Shown: positions 25,679 to 35,593 of the stretch, piece after piece | Numbering within the stretch: position 1 is the first letter of the stretch | Layout of the letters: the number at the start of each line of letters is the position of its first letter | Virus record (IMG/VR): IMGVR_UViG_2703718859_000026 | Origin: a virus | Lineage: Duplodnaviria; Heunggongvirae; Uroviricota; Caudoviricetes | DNA length: 35,593 nucleotides | Direction: 5' to 3' (one strand) | Made by a program: the position numbers and the translations under genes | The notes under the pieces: model-generated | Told to the model about the DNA's origin: nothing | Database searches by the model: none | The model's input: only the letters and a program-made list of their open reading frames with translations

Positions 25679-27822
25679 TGAAAAATGAAATTAACACCAC
25701 AGCGATGAAAAACGATCATGGATCCACGCCGCGTTTTTCTCAGCGTCAGTTACTGTCTCTCTGTTCTGATATTGACAGTCAGCCTCTCTGGCGTGATGCC
25801 GCAAACAAGGCCTGTGCGTATTATGATGGCGACCAGCTGGCACCGGAAGTTATCCAGGTACTGAAAGATCGCGGTCAGCCCATGACCATCCATAACCTCA
25901 TTGCCCCCACGGTAGATGGTGTACTGGGAATGGAGGCAAAAACAAGAACGGACCTGATAGTGATGTCAGACGATCCGAACGATGAAACAGAGAAACTGGC
26001 AGAGGCCATTAATGCGGAGTTTGCTGATGCATGCCGTCTTGGCAACATGAATAAGGCCCGCTCCGATGCCTATGCGGAACAAATCAAGGCGGGGCTCAGT
26101 TGGGTGGAGGTCAGGCGCAACAGCGATCCGTTCGGACCTGAATTCAGGGTATCCACAGTCAGCAGAAATGAGGTTTTCTGGGACTGGCTCAGCCGGGAAT
26201 CCGACCTGAGTGACTGCCGGTGGCTGATGCGTCGCCGCTGGATGGATACCGATGAGGCAAAAGCCACGTTCCCGGGAATGGCTCAGGTTATCGATTATGC
26301 TATTGATGACTGGCGTGGTTTTGTCGATACCACGATTACTGAAGGCCAGCCCAGTCCGTTGATGAGTGCATGGGAAGAGTATCAGTCATGGGATCGCAGG
26401 GAGAATGAATGGCTTCAGCGTGAACGCCGTCGTGTGCTGCTTCAGGTGGTTTATTACCGTACATTCGAGCGTCTTCCGGTGATTGAACTCAGTAATGGAC
26501 GGGTGGTGGCTTTTGATAAAAATAATCTGATGCAGGCGGTGGCTGTGGCATCCGGGCGGGTTCAGGTGAAAGTCGGGCGGGTAAGTCGTATTCGTGAAGC
26601 CTGGTTTGTGGGCCCACACTTTATTGTGGATCGCCCCTGTAGTGCACCGCAGGGGATGTTTCCGCTGGTTCCTTTCTGGGGATACCGAAAGGATAAAACC
26701 GGGGAGCCATACGGGTTAATTTCCCGCGCCATTCCGGCACAGGATGAGGTGAATTTTCGTCGTATCAAGCTGACCTGGCTGCTTCAGGCCAAACGCGTGA
26801 TTATGGACGAGGATGCCACCCAGTTGTCAGACAGCGACCTGATGGAGCAGATCGAACGTCCGGATGGCATTATTAAACTGAATCCGGCCCGAAAAAATCA
26901 GAAAAGTGTCGCAGATGTTTTTCGGGTTGAGCAGGATTTTCAGGTTGCCAGCCAGCAGTTTCAGGTCATGCAGGAATCGGAAAAACTTATCCAGGATACC
27001 ATGGGAGTGTATTCCGCATTTCTCGGGCAGGATTCAGGTGCGACGTCAGGCGTGGCTATCAGTAACCTGGTGGAGCAGGGGGCCACAACCCTTGCGGAAA
27101 TCAACGATAACTACCAGTTTGCCTGCCAGCAGGTGGGAAGACTGTTGCTGGCTTATCTTCTCGATGACCTGAAAAAACGCCGTAATCATGCAGTGGTGAT
27201 TAATCGCGATGATCGCCAGCGTCGCCAGACCATTGTCCTCAATGCTGAAGGTGATAATGGTGAACTGACCAATGATATTTCAAGGTTAAATACACATATT
27301 GCGCTGGCGCCTGTTCAGCAGACACCGGCGTTTAAGGCACAGCTTGCACAGAGAATGTCAGAGGTTATTCAGGGGCTGCCGCCTCAGGTGCAGGCTGTTG
27401 TGCTCGACCTGTGGGTTAATCTTCTGGATGTGCCGCAGAAACAGGAGTTTGTTGAGCGTATTCGTGCTGCGCTGGGGACGCCAAAATCACCGGATGAAAT
27501 GACGCCGGAAGAACAGGAAGTAGCGGCACAACAACAGGCACTTCAGCAACAACAGGCAGAACTCCAGATGCGCGAGATGGCTGGCAGAGTGGCAAAACTG
27601 GAAGCTGACGCCGCCAGGGCACATGCAGCTGCACAACGGGATAATGCCAGTGCACAGCGGGAAGTCGCCCTGACACAGGGGCAGCGTTATGTGGATGCGC
27701 TTAACCAGGCACATACGGCAGAAATCATTACCGGCGTACAGAATATGGAACAGGAGCAGGACGTTCTTCAGCAACAGATGCTGTATACGTTACAACAGCG
27801 GATGAATGAAATGTCGCTCTGA
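25678..27822 (+). CDS. Portal protein
   Basis: 714 aa directly after terL (start overlaps its stop), Gln/Ala-rich coiled-coil C-terminus. Confidence 0.75.
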   Translation: MKNEINTTAMKNDHGSTPRFSQRQLLSLCSDIDSQPLWRDAANKACAYYDGDQLAPEVIQVLKDRGQPMTIHNLIAPTVDGVLGMEAKTRTDLIVMSDDPNDETEKLAEAINAEFADACRLGNMNKARSDAYAEQIKAGLSWVEVRRNSDPFGPEFRVSTVSRNEVFWDWLSRESDLSDCRWLMRRRWMDTDEAKATFPGMAQVIDYAIDDWRGFVDTTITEGQPSPLMSAWEEYQSWDRRENEWLQRERRRVLLQVVYYRTFERLPVIELSNGRVVAFDKNNLMQAVAVASGRVQVKVGRVSRIREAWFVGPHFIVDRPCSAPQGMFPLVPFWGYRKDKTGEPYGLISRAIPAQDEVNFRRIKLTWLLQAKRVIMDEDATQLSDSDLMEQIERPDGIIKLNPARKNQKSVADVFRVEQDFQVASQQFQVMQESEKLIQDTMGVYSAFLGQDSGATSGVAISNLVEQGATTLAEINDNYQFACQQVGRLLLAYLLDDLKKRRNHAVVINRDDRQRRQTIVLNAEGDNGELTNDISRLNTHIALAPVQQTPAFKAQLAQRMSEVIQGLPPQVQAVVLDLWVNLLDVPQKQEFVERIRAALGTPKSPDEMTPEEQEVAAQQQALQQQQAELQMREMAGRVAKLEADAARAHAAAQRDNASAQREVALTQGQRYVDALNQAHTAEIITGVQNMEQEQDVLQQQMLYTLQQRMNEMSL

Positions 27823-27840
27823 AAACTCTGGCTTCAACTG

Positions 27841-27867
27841 AACCCCGTCATCGTACGGGGTTTTTTG
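27841..27867 (+). terminator. Rho-independent terminator after portal gene
   Basis: Stem AACCCCGT/ACGGGGTT, 6-nt loop, T6 tail. Confidence 0.6.
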
Positions 27868-27979
27868 TTTCCGGAGGTAAGCGTTCCGGGAGCGGTGCGC
27901 TTATTCGCGGGGGCAGCGATAAGCCTTATTTACTCAACCATTCGGATCTGTCCGATAAACAGACCATGCGGAGTTATTT

Positions 27980-28987
27980 ATGGATTTTGAATTTACGGGT
28001 GAAGAAACCCCGGAACAACTGGAAAAAATGCTGGAAGGACTTGGGGATGTGGATATTGACAGTCACGCACAGGACGTCGTGACGGAAGATACCACGGAAA
28101 AACATGCGGATGAGGAAGCACAGACTCAGACGGGCGATAACAATGTGGCACCGACGCCGGATGCCAGTGTGGAGCAGACGCAGGACGTGAAGGAGCCGGA
28201 AGCGAAGGGGGTGCTCACCCGCGACGGTAAACACGTCATTCCCTATGAAGTCCTTGAGGCTGAACGTTCCGGTAAGCAACGGGCCGAACAGGAAGCCGCA
28301 CTTCTTCGTGGGCAGATAGCTGAAGAAAAACGCAGGGTGGAACTACTGACGTCTCAGATCCACCAGGCCGGTATGAAGCCCACACCGTTACCGGAAAACG
28401 AAAAAATTTCTGATGAGCAGATTGCCCGTATCAGGGAGATGTATCCGGAAATTGGTGACGCGGTGGCTTCGCTCATCCGTAAAAATAACTATCTCCAGTC
28501 CCGTGTTCAGCAATCAACACAGCAGGCAGAAGGTAATGGTGGTGAGGATTTATCACCGGTTCTTGATGCGATGAATGCCGTGCCGGTGCTGAAAACGTGG
28601 CAGGAGTCCGATCCGGATCGCTTCTCGGTTGCTGTATCCATCGACGGGAAGCTCCAGAATGACCCCGCATGGAAAGACAAAACGCTCACTGAACGTTTCG
28701 CTGAAGTGGCCCGTCGTACGCAGGTTGCTTTCGGTGAAGTCAGTGAGTCGTCTGCTGACAACCAGGCAGACAAAACGGATATCCGGAAAACGGCGGAAGA
28801 GAAAGTGAAGACCGCTGAACAGGAGCAGGCAGTACCTGCTTCCCCGTCAGATTTAGGCACCACGGCCTCCGTCGGAATCGGTGATAATTTTGAACGGTTA
28901 CTTGGTGCTTCTCATTCAGAGGCTGAGGCGATTATGCGTGGTATGACGAATGCTGAAATAGACGCACTTCTGGAGAAGCTCGGGTAA
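27980..28987 (+). CDS. Scaffolding protein (putative)
   Basis: 335 aa, highly acidic, predicted helical/coiled-coil, located between portal and capsid genes. Confidence 0.45.
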   Translation: MDFEFTGEETPEQLEKMLEGLGDVDIDSHAQDVVTEDTTEKHADEEAQTQTGDNNVAPTPDASVEQTQDVKEPEAKGVLTRDGKHVIPYEVLEAERSGKQRAEQEAALLRGQIAEEKRRVELLTSQIHQAGMKPTPLPENEKISDEQIARIREMYPEIGDAVASLIRKNNYLQSRVQQSTQQAEGNGGEDLSPVLDAMNAVPVLKTWQESDPDRFSVAVSIDGKLQNDPAWKDKTLTERFAEVARRTQVAFGEVSESSADNQADKTDIRKTAEEKVKTAEQEQAVPASPSDLGTTASVGIGDNFERLLGASHSEAEAIMRGMTNAEIDALLEKLG

Positions 28988-29010
28988 CTTACTGAAGGAG
29001 TACTGAAGTA

Positions 29011-30225
29011 ATGACGACTGTAACATCAGCCCAGGCGAATAAGCTGTATCAGGTGGCGCTTTTTACTGCTGCCAACCGCAACCGCTCGATGGTTAATATC
29101 CTTACTGAACAGCAGGAAGCGCCAAAAGCGGTTTCGCCGGACAAGAAAAGCACGAAGCAGACCAGCGCAGGTGCGCCGGTTGTCCGTATCACAGACCTTA
29201 ACAAACAGGCCGGTGATGAAGTGACCTTCAGCATCATGCACAAACTCTCAAAACGTCCGACGATGGGAGATGAGCGTGTTGAAGGTCGTGGTGAGGATCT
29301 CAGCCATGCTGACTTCTCCCTGAAAATCAATCAGGGACGTCACCTGGTGGATGCAGGCGGACGTATGAGTCAGCAGCGCACGAAGTTTAACCTGGCATCC
29401 TCTGCCAGAACGCTTCTGGGGACGTACTTTAATGACCTGCAGGACCAGTGTGCGATAGTGCATCTTGCTGGAGCTCGTGGTGATTTTGTTGCTGACGACA
29501 CTATTCTGCCGACAGCGGAGCACCCTGAATTCAAAAAAATCATGATCAACGATGTACTGCCTCCGACACATGACCGTCACTTTTTTGGCGGTGATGCGAC
29601 AAGCTTTGAGCAGATTGAAGCGGCAGATATTTTTTCTATTGGCCTGGTGGACAATCTCTCCCTGTTCATTGACGAAATGGCGCATCCATTACAGCCGGTT
29701 CGTCTGTCCGGTGATGAACTTCACGGAGAAGATCCATATTACGTCCTGTACGTCACGCCGCGTCAGTGGAATGACTGGTACACCTCGACGTCCGGTAAGG
29801 ACTGGAACCAGATGATGGTTCGTGCCGTGAACCGTGCAAAAGGTTTTAATCATCCGCTGTTCAAAGGTGAATGTGCAATGTGGCGCAATATCCTGGTTCG
29901 TAAGTATGCGGGTATGCCGATCCGTTTCTATCAGGGGTCAAAGGTTCTGGTATCAGAGAATAACCTGACGGCAACCACGAAAGAGGTCGCTGCTGCAACC
30001 AATATTGACCGCGCCATGTTACTGGGGGCTCAGGCGCTGGCAAATGCTTACGGTCAGAAGGCGGGCGGTCACTTCAACATGGTTGAGAAGAAAACGGATA
30101 TGGATAACCGTACTGAGATAGCAATCAGCTGGATCAACGGTCTGAAAAAAATCCGTTTCCCCGAGAAGAGCGGCAAGATGCAGGATCACGGCGTGATTGC
30201 CGTTGATACAGCAGTGAAGCTCTGA
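29011..30225 (+). CDS. Major capsid protein (putative)
   Basis: 404 aa after scaffold gene, followed by a strong terminator; position-based call. Confidence 0.6.
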   Translation: MTTVTSAQANKLYQVALFTAANRNRSMVNILTEQQEAPKAVSPDKKSTKQTSAGAPVVRITDLNKQAGDEVTFSIMHKLSKRPTMGDERVEGRGEDLSHADFSLKINQGRHLVDAGGRMSQQRTKFNLASSARTLLGTYFNDLQDQCAIVHLAGARGDFVADDTILPTAEHPEFKKIMINDVLPPTHDRHFFGGDATSFEQIEAADIFSIGLVDNLSLFIDEMAHPLQPVRLSGDELHGEDPYYVLYVTPRQWNDWYTSTSGKDWNQMMVRAVNRAKGFNHPLFKGECAMWRNILVRKYAGMPIRFYQGSKVLVSENNLTATTKEVAAATNIDRAMLLGAQALANAYGQKAGGHFNMVEKKTDMDNRTEIAISWINGLKKIRFPEKSGKMQDHGVIAVDTAVKL

Positions 30226-30242
30226 TTTTTTCCTTTCCCCAT

Positions 30243-30265
30243 GCCGGGTTTTCGCCCGGCTTTTT
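30243..30265 (+). terminator. Rho-independent terminator after capsid gene
   Basis: Stem GCCGGG/CCCGGC, 6-nt loop, T5 tail. Confidence 0.6.
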
Positions 30266-30280
30266 CAGGAGTCATTAATT

Positions 30281-30670
30281 ATGGCAAAGACTATCCTTGC
30301 CCCGTCACTGAGTGAACGGGTCTATACGGGTACGCACGGTAATGAGTCGGTGGCAGAAGGCGTATTTACGGTGAATGCTGCGGAAGCGGACAGTGTTATT
30401 CATCTTCTCTCACTGCCAGTGGGCATCCGTATCAACTCACTCCAGCTGGTTTCAACGGGTGGTCTGGGTACTGCAACCGTCAGCATTAAGTCCGGTGAGC
30501 ATGTTCTCATCGATAACAGCGAAGCTGTTTCTGCAAAATTTGCCAGATATGTGCCAGTGGAGCCGTACACCACACAGCGTGACGGGGAGCTGGTTACTGT
30601 CACCATTAAGACTGCCGCTGCAACCGGCACCCTGAATGTTCTGCTGCGTTATACCGTGGTGGGATACTGA
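30281..30670 (+). CDS. Hypothetical head-associated protein (decoration/auxiliary?)
   Basis: 129 aa ORF flanked by terminators on both sides. Confidence 0.4.
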   Translation: MAKTILAPSLSERVYTGTHGNESVAEGVFTVNAAEADSVIHLLSLPVGIRINSLQLVSTGGLGTATVSIKSGEHVLIDNSEAVSAKFARYVPVEPYTTQRDGELVTVTIKTAAATGTLNVLLRYTVVGY

Positions 30671-30683
30671 TTAAAACCTTCCG

Positions 30684-30705
30684 GCCCGCGTCATGCGGGC
30701 TTTTT
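30684..30705 (+). terminator. Rho-independent terminator
   Basis: Stem GCCCGC/GCGGGC, 5-nt loop, T5 tail. Confidence 0.6.
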
Positions 30706-30719
30706 ATCCGGGGAATTAT

Positions 30720-31181
30720 ATGAGTGAGAAAATTGCCGTTGTCTATATCGGCCCAAAAACCGTGAAAAAGGACACCATTACCGGAAGCCGCACATTGTTC
30801 CCACGTCTTGAGCCGGTGCATGTTGACAGTGCGATGGCCTGGCAACTGCTGGGGTTTCCGGATGTCTGGGTTCGTCATGAAGAGCTTGATGATGTTCTGA
30901 AAAAGCAACAACAGAATGAGCAGTTGCGGCAGGCACAGCAGGCGCAGGAAAGAGTGCTTGCTGCGCGGGCAGAAGCGGAGAACAGTTTTGTTGTTTCTGT
31001 TAACGGGCAGGAGGTGGATTTAAGTAAGCTCACCTCAGCACGGCTGGCGACGCTGTGTGAGGCAGAAGAGCTGGATATTCACAAAGACCCGAAAGAAACG
31101 GCTGAGGCATTCCGTATCCGGGTGCGTGAGGCATTTCGCCGTCGTGTTGCGGAGACTGAACAGCATGGCGGAACTGAGTGA
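30720..31181 (+). CDS. Hypothetical virion-module protein
   Basis: 153 aa from ATG MSEKIAVVY (track ORF starts 30693 inside the terminator); Gln-rich coiled-coil centre. Confidence 0.45.
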   Translation: MSEKIAVVYIGPKTVKKDTITGSRTLFPRLEPVHVDSAMAWQLLGFPDVWVRHEELDDVLKKQQQNEQLRQAQQAQERVLAARAEAENSFVVSVNGQEVDLSKLTSARLATLCEAEELDIHKDPKETAEAFRIRVREAFRRRVAETEQHGGTE

Positions 31182-31728
31182 TTTTTTACCGTATGTCCGT
31201 CGTCATATCAGCGGTCCACTGAACATTATGATGACGGATGCTCTGTCAATGGCTGCCGTGGCATTCAGCCGCCAGTCGTTGGTGTGCCGTCGGGAGGTTA
31301 CTGTTGTACCAGTAGCAGGAAAAGAAATCGTGCTTCCGTATGACAAAGATGATGAGGAGTGCGTTCATATCATCCGTATCTCTGACGATAATCATGAGCT
31401 TTTTGTCGGTCGGGATGTGGATATCAGCTCCGGACGCTCCCTGCGATTTGCCTGTTCTCCCGGTGAGGTGAGCGTGCTTTATGCCGTCGCTCCGAAAGCC
31501 GGACGCAGCCAGATACCGGATGAACTCCTCACATGGCCTGAAGAAGTGGCTGCGGGGGCACTTGAGCGGTTGTTCATGCAGACTGGTGTTTCATGGTCAG
31601 ATCCGTTACGCGCACAGTATTTTTCTGTGCAGTTTTCTGAGGGGATCCGTCGGGCATATCGTCATACACTGGCGACAAGCCCGTACTCTTCATACCGCAA
31701 CCCTGTACGCAGGCAGAGGTTTTACTGA
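31165..31728 (+). CDS. Hypothetical virion-module protein
   Basis: 187 aa from ATG MAELSDFL, overlapping upstream stop by 17 nt. Confidence 0.45.
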   Translation: MAELSDFLPYVRRHISGPLNIMMTDALSMAAVAFSRQSLVCRREVTVVPVAGKEIVLPYDKDDEECVHIIRISDDNHELFVGRDVDISSGRSLRFACSPGEVSVLYAVAPKAGRSQIPDELLTWPEEVAAGALERLFMQTGVSWSDPLRAQYFSVQFSEGIRRAYRHTLATSPYSSYRNPVRRQRFY

Positions 31729-32378
31729 TGACGACGATTACAGAAATCATCGGACGTGTGAATACACAACTGGTTGACCCGATGATGGTTCGCTGGCCCC
31801 TGCAGGAATTGTGCGATTATTACAATGATGCTGTGAGGGCAGTGATTCTGGCGAGACCGGATGCTGGCGCAAGCCTGGAAACAATCAGTTGTGTTCCTGG
31901 CGCCCGTCAGGTTTTGCCCGATGGTGTAATACAACTTCTTGACGTGATATGCCTCAGTGACGGTAGTGCAGTCAGACCATTATCCCGGGAGGTGCTGGAT
32001 GCGCAGTATCCTGAGTGGCCCACAATGAAGGGCATTCCTGAATGTTTTATCAGCAACGACCTGTCCCCGCGCGTATTCTGGCTGTTTCCTGTCCCTGACA
32101 AAGAGATAAGTATTGATGCAGTGGTAAGCCGGATACCGGAGGCAGTGTATGTTCTGACGCAGGACGATGATACGCCAGTTCCACTGGAAGAGGCTTATGT
32201 TAACCCACTGGTGGACTGGATGTTGTTTCGTGCTTTCAGTAAGGATGCTGCCGGTGGTGCAGAATCGGGGCTGGCTGCGCAGCATTATCAGAGTTTTGTT
32301 GAGCAACTTGGGATCAAACAGGGGGCAGACAGTGCATTGTCTGCCCGTAAAAAAGTGTTTAACGGAGGTGGAGTGTGA
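31728..32378 (+). CDS. Hypothetical virion-module protein
   Basis: 216 aa, start overlaps upstream stop. Confidence 0.45.
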   Translation: MTTITEIIGRVNTQLVDPMMVRWPLQELCDYYNDAVRAVILARPDAGASLETISCVPGARQVLPDGVIQLLDVICLSDGSAVRPLSREVLDAQYPEWPTMKGIPECFISNDLSPRVFWLFPVPDKEISIDAVVSRIPEAVYVLTQDDDTPVPLEEAYVNPLVDWMLFRAFSKDAAGGAESGLAAQHYQSFVEQLGIKQGADSALSARKKVFNGGGV

Positions 32379-34171
32379 GTGTTGTTGTTTCGGGGACGCT
32401 GAAATCTCCTGATGGTGAGGCGATATCAGGAGCAAATATTACCCTGACGGCGCTGACAGTTTCACCGGATGCGCTCAGCGGCACCAGTGCGTCGGCAGTG
32501 ACCCGTGAAGGTGGATATTACGGAATGACGATGGATCCGGGGGAGTATGCGGTTTCGGTGACGGTGAAAGGGAAGACAGCTGTCTACGGACGTGTGCGTA
32601 TTGAGGGGACCGAAAGTACGGTGACGCTCAATATGCTGTTACGCCGCAGTCTTGTTGAGGTGAGCATACCCGGAGAGCTGCTGACAGATTTCCGGCAGAT
32701 ACAGAATAATGTGGCTGATGACCTTGCCACTATTCGTCGCCTGAATGAAGACACGGCGACAAAAAACACTCAGGCCACACAGTCAAAAGAAAGTGCAGCA
32801 GCCAGTGCGAAGAGTGCATCTGACAGTGCAAAGACGGCAACCAGCAGGGCGGCTGAAGCCGGACAAAAAGCCAGTGAAGCTGCAGAAGCAGCGACCCGGG
32901 CAGGCGAGTCTGAAAAGGCAGCGGCAGCAGACGCGAAAAATGCAAAACAACATGCTGAAACAGCCCGGGTGGCTCAGCAGGCAGCCGGAGACATTCTTGA
33001 GCGTGCGGAGGCTGCAACGGTCAGTGCAGAGGAAGCCCGGCGCATGGCTGAGAATGCGCGGGGACCTCAGGGCGACCAGGGGCCCAAAGGTGATACCGGC
33101 CCCCGGGGTGAAAAAGGTGAGCCGGGTCAGAGAGGTCCTCAGGGTCCGAAAGGAGAGCGCGGTGAGAGAGGTCCTCAGGGTAGTGTCGGCCCGGCAGGTC
33201 CGCGGGGTGAGAAAGGCGAGCAGGGGGAGCGTGGACCACAGGGATTACAGGGGCTGAAAGGTGAAACCGGAGAACGTGGAGCACAGGGCGCACAGGGACC
33301 GGCAGGCCCGACGGGGGCAACGGGGCCTGCTGGTCCTCGTGGTGAGACGGGGCCACAGGGTGCACAGGGGCCAGCCGGAGCAACAGGACCTGTTGGGCCA
33401 CAAGGAGAGCGCGGTATTCAGGGGCCTGCCGGTCCTGCGGGCCCGCGAGGTGAAACCGGAGCCAGAGGTGAAAAAGGAGACCCCGGGGACCCCGGCGGCC
33501 CACCGGGACCAAAGGGTGATACCGGACCTGCTGGCCCTGCCGGTGAAAAAGGTGAACCCGGTGAGCGAGGGCCACAGGGATTACAGGGACCACCGGGTCC
33601 TGCCGGAGAGAGAGGTCCGGCAGGCGAACCGGGAGCGAAAGGTGAAACCGGAAAACCCGGACCTGCTGGTCCTCAGGGGCAGCCCGGTCCACAGGGACTT
33701 AAAGGTGACAGGGGCGAGCCAGGACCTACAGGCCCACAGGGACCGGCGGGAGAGCGGGGACCTCAGGGGCCTCGGGGGGTAGCTGGTCCTGTCGGCCCGG
33801 CAGGTGCAGCGGGCGCTAAAGGTGATGCAGGACCTGCAGGGCCTGCCGGTCCCCGAGGACCCGCCGGTGAACGGGGCCCTGCCGGGCCGAAAGGTGAGCG
33901 TGGTGAACCGGGACCGATGGGGCCTCCGGGGCCAGCAGGCGACGCAGGAAACAGCACAGTAAAAGGCATTCGTCTGGGAAATGAGATGGTGTACCGTCCA
34001 TATAGTGGCTATAGCAACTTGAGCCTACGCTCAATGGATGGCTGTGTGCTTACGGGAATTGCGGGAACAAACATGCCAGACAAGAGCCGTATAGATGAAA
34101 TCTACTACAGACCCTTGCAAATGACTTTTGGTGATGGAAGCTGGCGCTCAGTCGGTATAGGGGAAGTGTGA
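32375..34171 (+). CDS. Tail fibre protein with collagen-like Gly-X-Y repeat domain
   Basis: 598 aa; Ala-rich coiled segment, then about 98 consecutive G-X-Y triplets (aa about 230-525), then a globular C-terminus; followed by tail fibre assembly gene. Confidence 0.7.
   Translation: MSVVVSGTLKSPDGEAISGANITLTALTVSPDALSGTSASAVTREGGYYGMTMDPGEYAVSVTVKGKTAVYGRVRIEGTESTVTLNMLLRRSLVEVSIPGELLTDFRQIQNNVADDLATIRRLNEDTATKNTQATQSKESAAASAKSASDSAKTATSRAAEAGQKASEAAEAATRAGESEKAAAADAKNAKQHAETARVAQQAAGDILERAEAATVSAEEARRMAENARGPQGDQGPKGDTGPRGEKGEPGQRGPQGPKGERGERGPQGSVGPAGPRGEKGEQGERGPQGLQGLKGETGERGAQGAQGPAGPTGATGPAGPRGETGPQGAQGPAGATGPVGPQGERGIQGPAGPAGPRGETGARGEKGDPGDPGGPPGPKGDTGPAGPAGEKGEPGERGPQGLQGPPGPAGERGPAGEPGAKGETGKPGPAGPQGQPGPQGLKGDRGEPGPTGPQGPAGERGPQGPRGVAGPVGPAGAAGAKGDAGPAGPAGPRGPAGERGPAGPKGERGEPGPMGPPGPAGDAGNSTVKGIRLGNEMVYRPYSGYSNLSLRSMDGCVLTGIAGTNMPDKSRIDEIYYRPLQMTFGDGSWRSVGIGEV
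33062..33950 (+). repeat. Collagen-like triplet-repeat coding region (GGN CCN / GGN GAN ... periodicity)
   Basis: Protein shows uninterrupted [22 protein letters not shown]... pattern; DNA correspondingly GC-rich and repetitive. Confidence 0.85.
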
Positions 34172-34229
34172 GCTGTTGTTCTTTTCAGCGCAGGTAACTG
34201 GCAGCTCTGCATACTTGTTATATTGCGCA

Positions 34230-34261
34230 TAAAAAACCGGGGAGCAGGGCGTTACTCCCCG
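34230..34261 (-). terminator. Hairpin with flanking A6 on plus strand (T-tail on minus strand); possible bidirectional terminator after the fibre gene
   Basis: Stem CCGGGGAG/CTCCCCGG, 10-nt loop; T-run only in minus orientation. Confidence 0.35.
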
Positions 34262-34442
34262 GTAAACATACAGACCAGACAATGATACCACACTGTCAGT
34301 TATTATTATCATGACATAAGTCAGCGCAGGGAATATTAGTGCATGCACATGTCTGGTTTCTTTGATCTCACAACGCTTTTTTTGTGAAAAGAAAAAAGAT
34401 GAGGCACTGAAATCACAGTTTTATTTAAATGAGTGGACGTTG

Positions 34443-35108
34443 ATGATTATTAAGAGTTTTAAGCTATACACCCCTGAAAAATCTGACGTGCCGGGTGCGA
34501 TGTACCTGAAATCAGTAGACGGTAGGGACTGGTACGAAAGCCAGTCATTATTCGCGGCAGACACGCTGAAGCTGGTTTATGACAGTAACGGTATAATCAC
34601 CAGCATAAGTAAGGATGTCTCTATGCTGTGGCCGGTAAACCAGAGTGTGGCAGAGGTTGCTGATACGGAAGAAAACCGCAAAGCTGACATCTCGGGGCGC
34701 TGGGGTTTTGACGGGGAGAAAATCACGGACCTGCTGACCGCGGAGAAAGCGCGCGGGATGAAGGGCGATGAAATTAACGCCTGGCGTAATGAGATGGAAG
34801 CGGCGAACTACACGTTTGAGCACAATGGGCGTAAATGGGACTACGGGAAGTCAACGCAGACGCGTCTTGAGCCGTCGGTGGCGGCAGCGAAAGCGGGGAA
34901 ACTGCCGGAGGCGTTTTTCTGGACGGATGCGGAAAACAATGATGTGCCGGTGACAGCAGAAGAGCTTATAGCACTGAGTGAAGCGGCAGAGCAGGCGATG
35001 TTCACCAAAGGGATGGAAATCCACGTCCGGCAGCGCACCATGAAGAAGGAGCTGGAAAAGCTGACCAGTGCGGATGAGATACTGGCATACAGGGTGGACT
35101 GGAAATAA
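34443..35108 (+). CDS. tfa: Tail fibre assembly protein (Tfa-like chaperone)
   Basis: MIIKSFKLYTPEK ... DWYESQSLFAADTLKLVYDSNGIITSISKDVSMLWPVNQSVAEV matches the remembered Tfa N-terminal pattern; track ORF starts upstream at 34362. Confidence 0.75.
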   Translation: MIIKSFKLYTPEKSDVPGAMYLKSVDGRDWYESQSLFAADTLKLVYDSNGIITSISKDVSMLWPVNQSVAEVADTEENRKADISGRWGFDGEKITDLLTAEKARGMKGDEINAWRNEMEAANYTFEHNGRKWDYGKSTQTRLEPSVAAAKAGKLPEAFFWTDAENNDVPVTAEELIALSEAAEQAMFTKGMEIHVRQRTMKKELEKLTSADEILAYRVDWK

Positions 35109-35593
35109 AAAGAAGGGGAGCGGATGCACCCCTGATATCTGAGTAGCATGCTGTTTATAGTTATCATTCATTAAAAGAATATTACCGTATGGCACGGCAG
35201 CAGAACATGAAATTTGTCTCAGAACTGCAAATCAGCATTACGGGTAGTCAGGCAGATAACACAACGGGATAAAAAAACAGCAAAATGCATTAATAAAAAA
35301 TTTTTACAGGTTGGTTGCCGGGCGTTATGTGACGCATATCAAAAACAGAACTGTAACGGGAGATAACAAAATGATGGATTCTGGCGGGGAGTAACAGCGC
35401 AATGCGTTCCGGGATGCTGTTTCTGAGAATGTGGCTGAAAACGCCCATGCTATAGTAAGAAAAATCCTAATAGTTTTATATTAATTTTTACGGAACTATT
35501 CGGAATACCCTTATGAAAGGCAACGAAGTGTCAGTATTTTTAATGTATTCTGACACGCGTTGCTCTGTTTGTATACACTGTCTCTTATACAAT

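Larger units (their letters stand above)
45..35108. mobile_element. Lambdoid (Stx-phage-like) prophage, from integrase to tail fibre assembly gene; right boundary not visible
   Basis: Contiguous phage gene order int-xis-early genes-cI-cro-replication-Q-cargo-nanS-p-S-R-Rz-rha-terminase-portal-capsid-tail fibre; no host housekeeping genes recognised. Confidence 0.85.

Noticed and set aside
32730-34034. Several minus-strand and alternative-frame ORFs (for example 33021..33692, 32745..33257, 33261..33782)
   Set aside because: They run through or antisense to the collagen-like triplet repeats; Pro/Arg/Gly-rich artefacts of repetitive GC-rich coding DNA.
35576-35589. CTGTCTCTTATACA at the very end of the window, matching 14 nt of the Tn5/Nextera mosaic end
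   Set aside because: Match is partial and at the window edge, so it cannot be told apart from chance, a contig-end adapter remnant or a real Tn5-type end without the flanking sequence.
35109-35593. Non-coding-looking AT-rich tail after tfa, with a possible gene start near 35512
   Set aside because: Too little sequence to call a gene or an attachment site; no ORF of 60 aa or more in the track.

Overview
The window is almost entirely one lambdoid, Stx-phage-like prophage in canonical order. Left to right: integrase and excisionase (minus strand); a leftward early operon of small accessory genes (Ead/Ea22-like, ORF6N antirepressor-like, several unknowns); a cI/cro immunity switch with TTTCGAAA-type palindromes; an SF2 helicase plus Toprim primase replication module; Q antiterminator with a PR'-like promoter at its stop codon; a cargo island; nanS-p esterase; the S/R/Rz/Rz1 lysis cassette; rha; terS/terL/portal/scaffold/capsid; a collagen-like tail fibre and its assembly protein. 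No stxA/stxB-like ORFs and no tRNAs were recognised. The slot between Q and nanS-p, where Stx phages carry the toxin genes, instead holds an AT-rich BcgI/MmeI-like restriction-modification module: one ORF with an N-terminal PD-(D/E)xK-like motif plus gamma-class N6-adenine methyltransferase motifs, followed by two paralogous TRD-like ORFs. Its three reading frames are joined by (i) a dnaX-type A AAA AAG slippery heptamer followed by a perfect 10-bp stem, and (ii) an 8-bp tandem repeat tract where a one-unit change would fuse the two TRDs; a 24-bp in-frame repeat sits in the linker. This is the main candidate for an undescribed, phase- or frameshift-controlled defence system. Everything is by eye from sequence and the ORF track; coordinates of short motifs may be off by 1-2 nt, and no database search was run.
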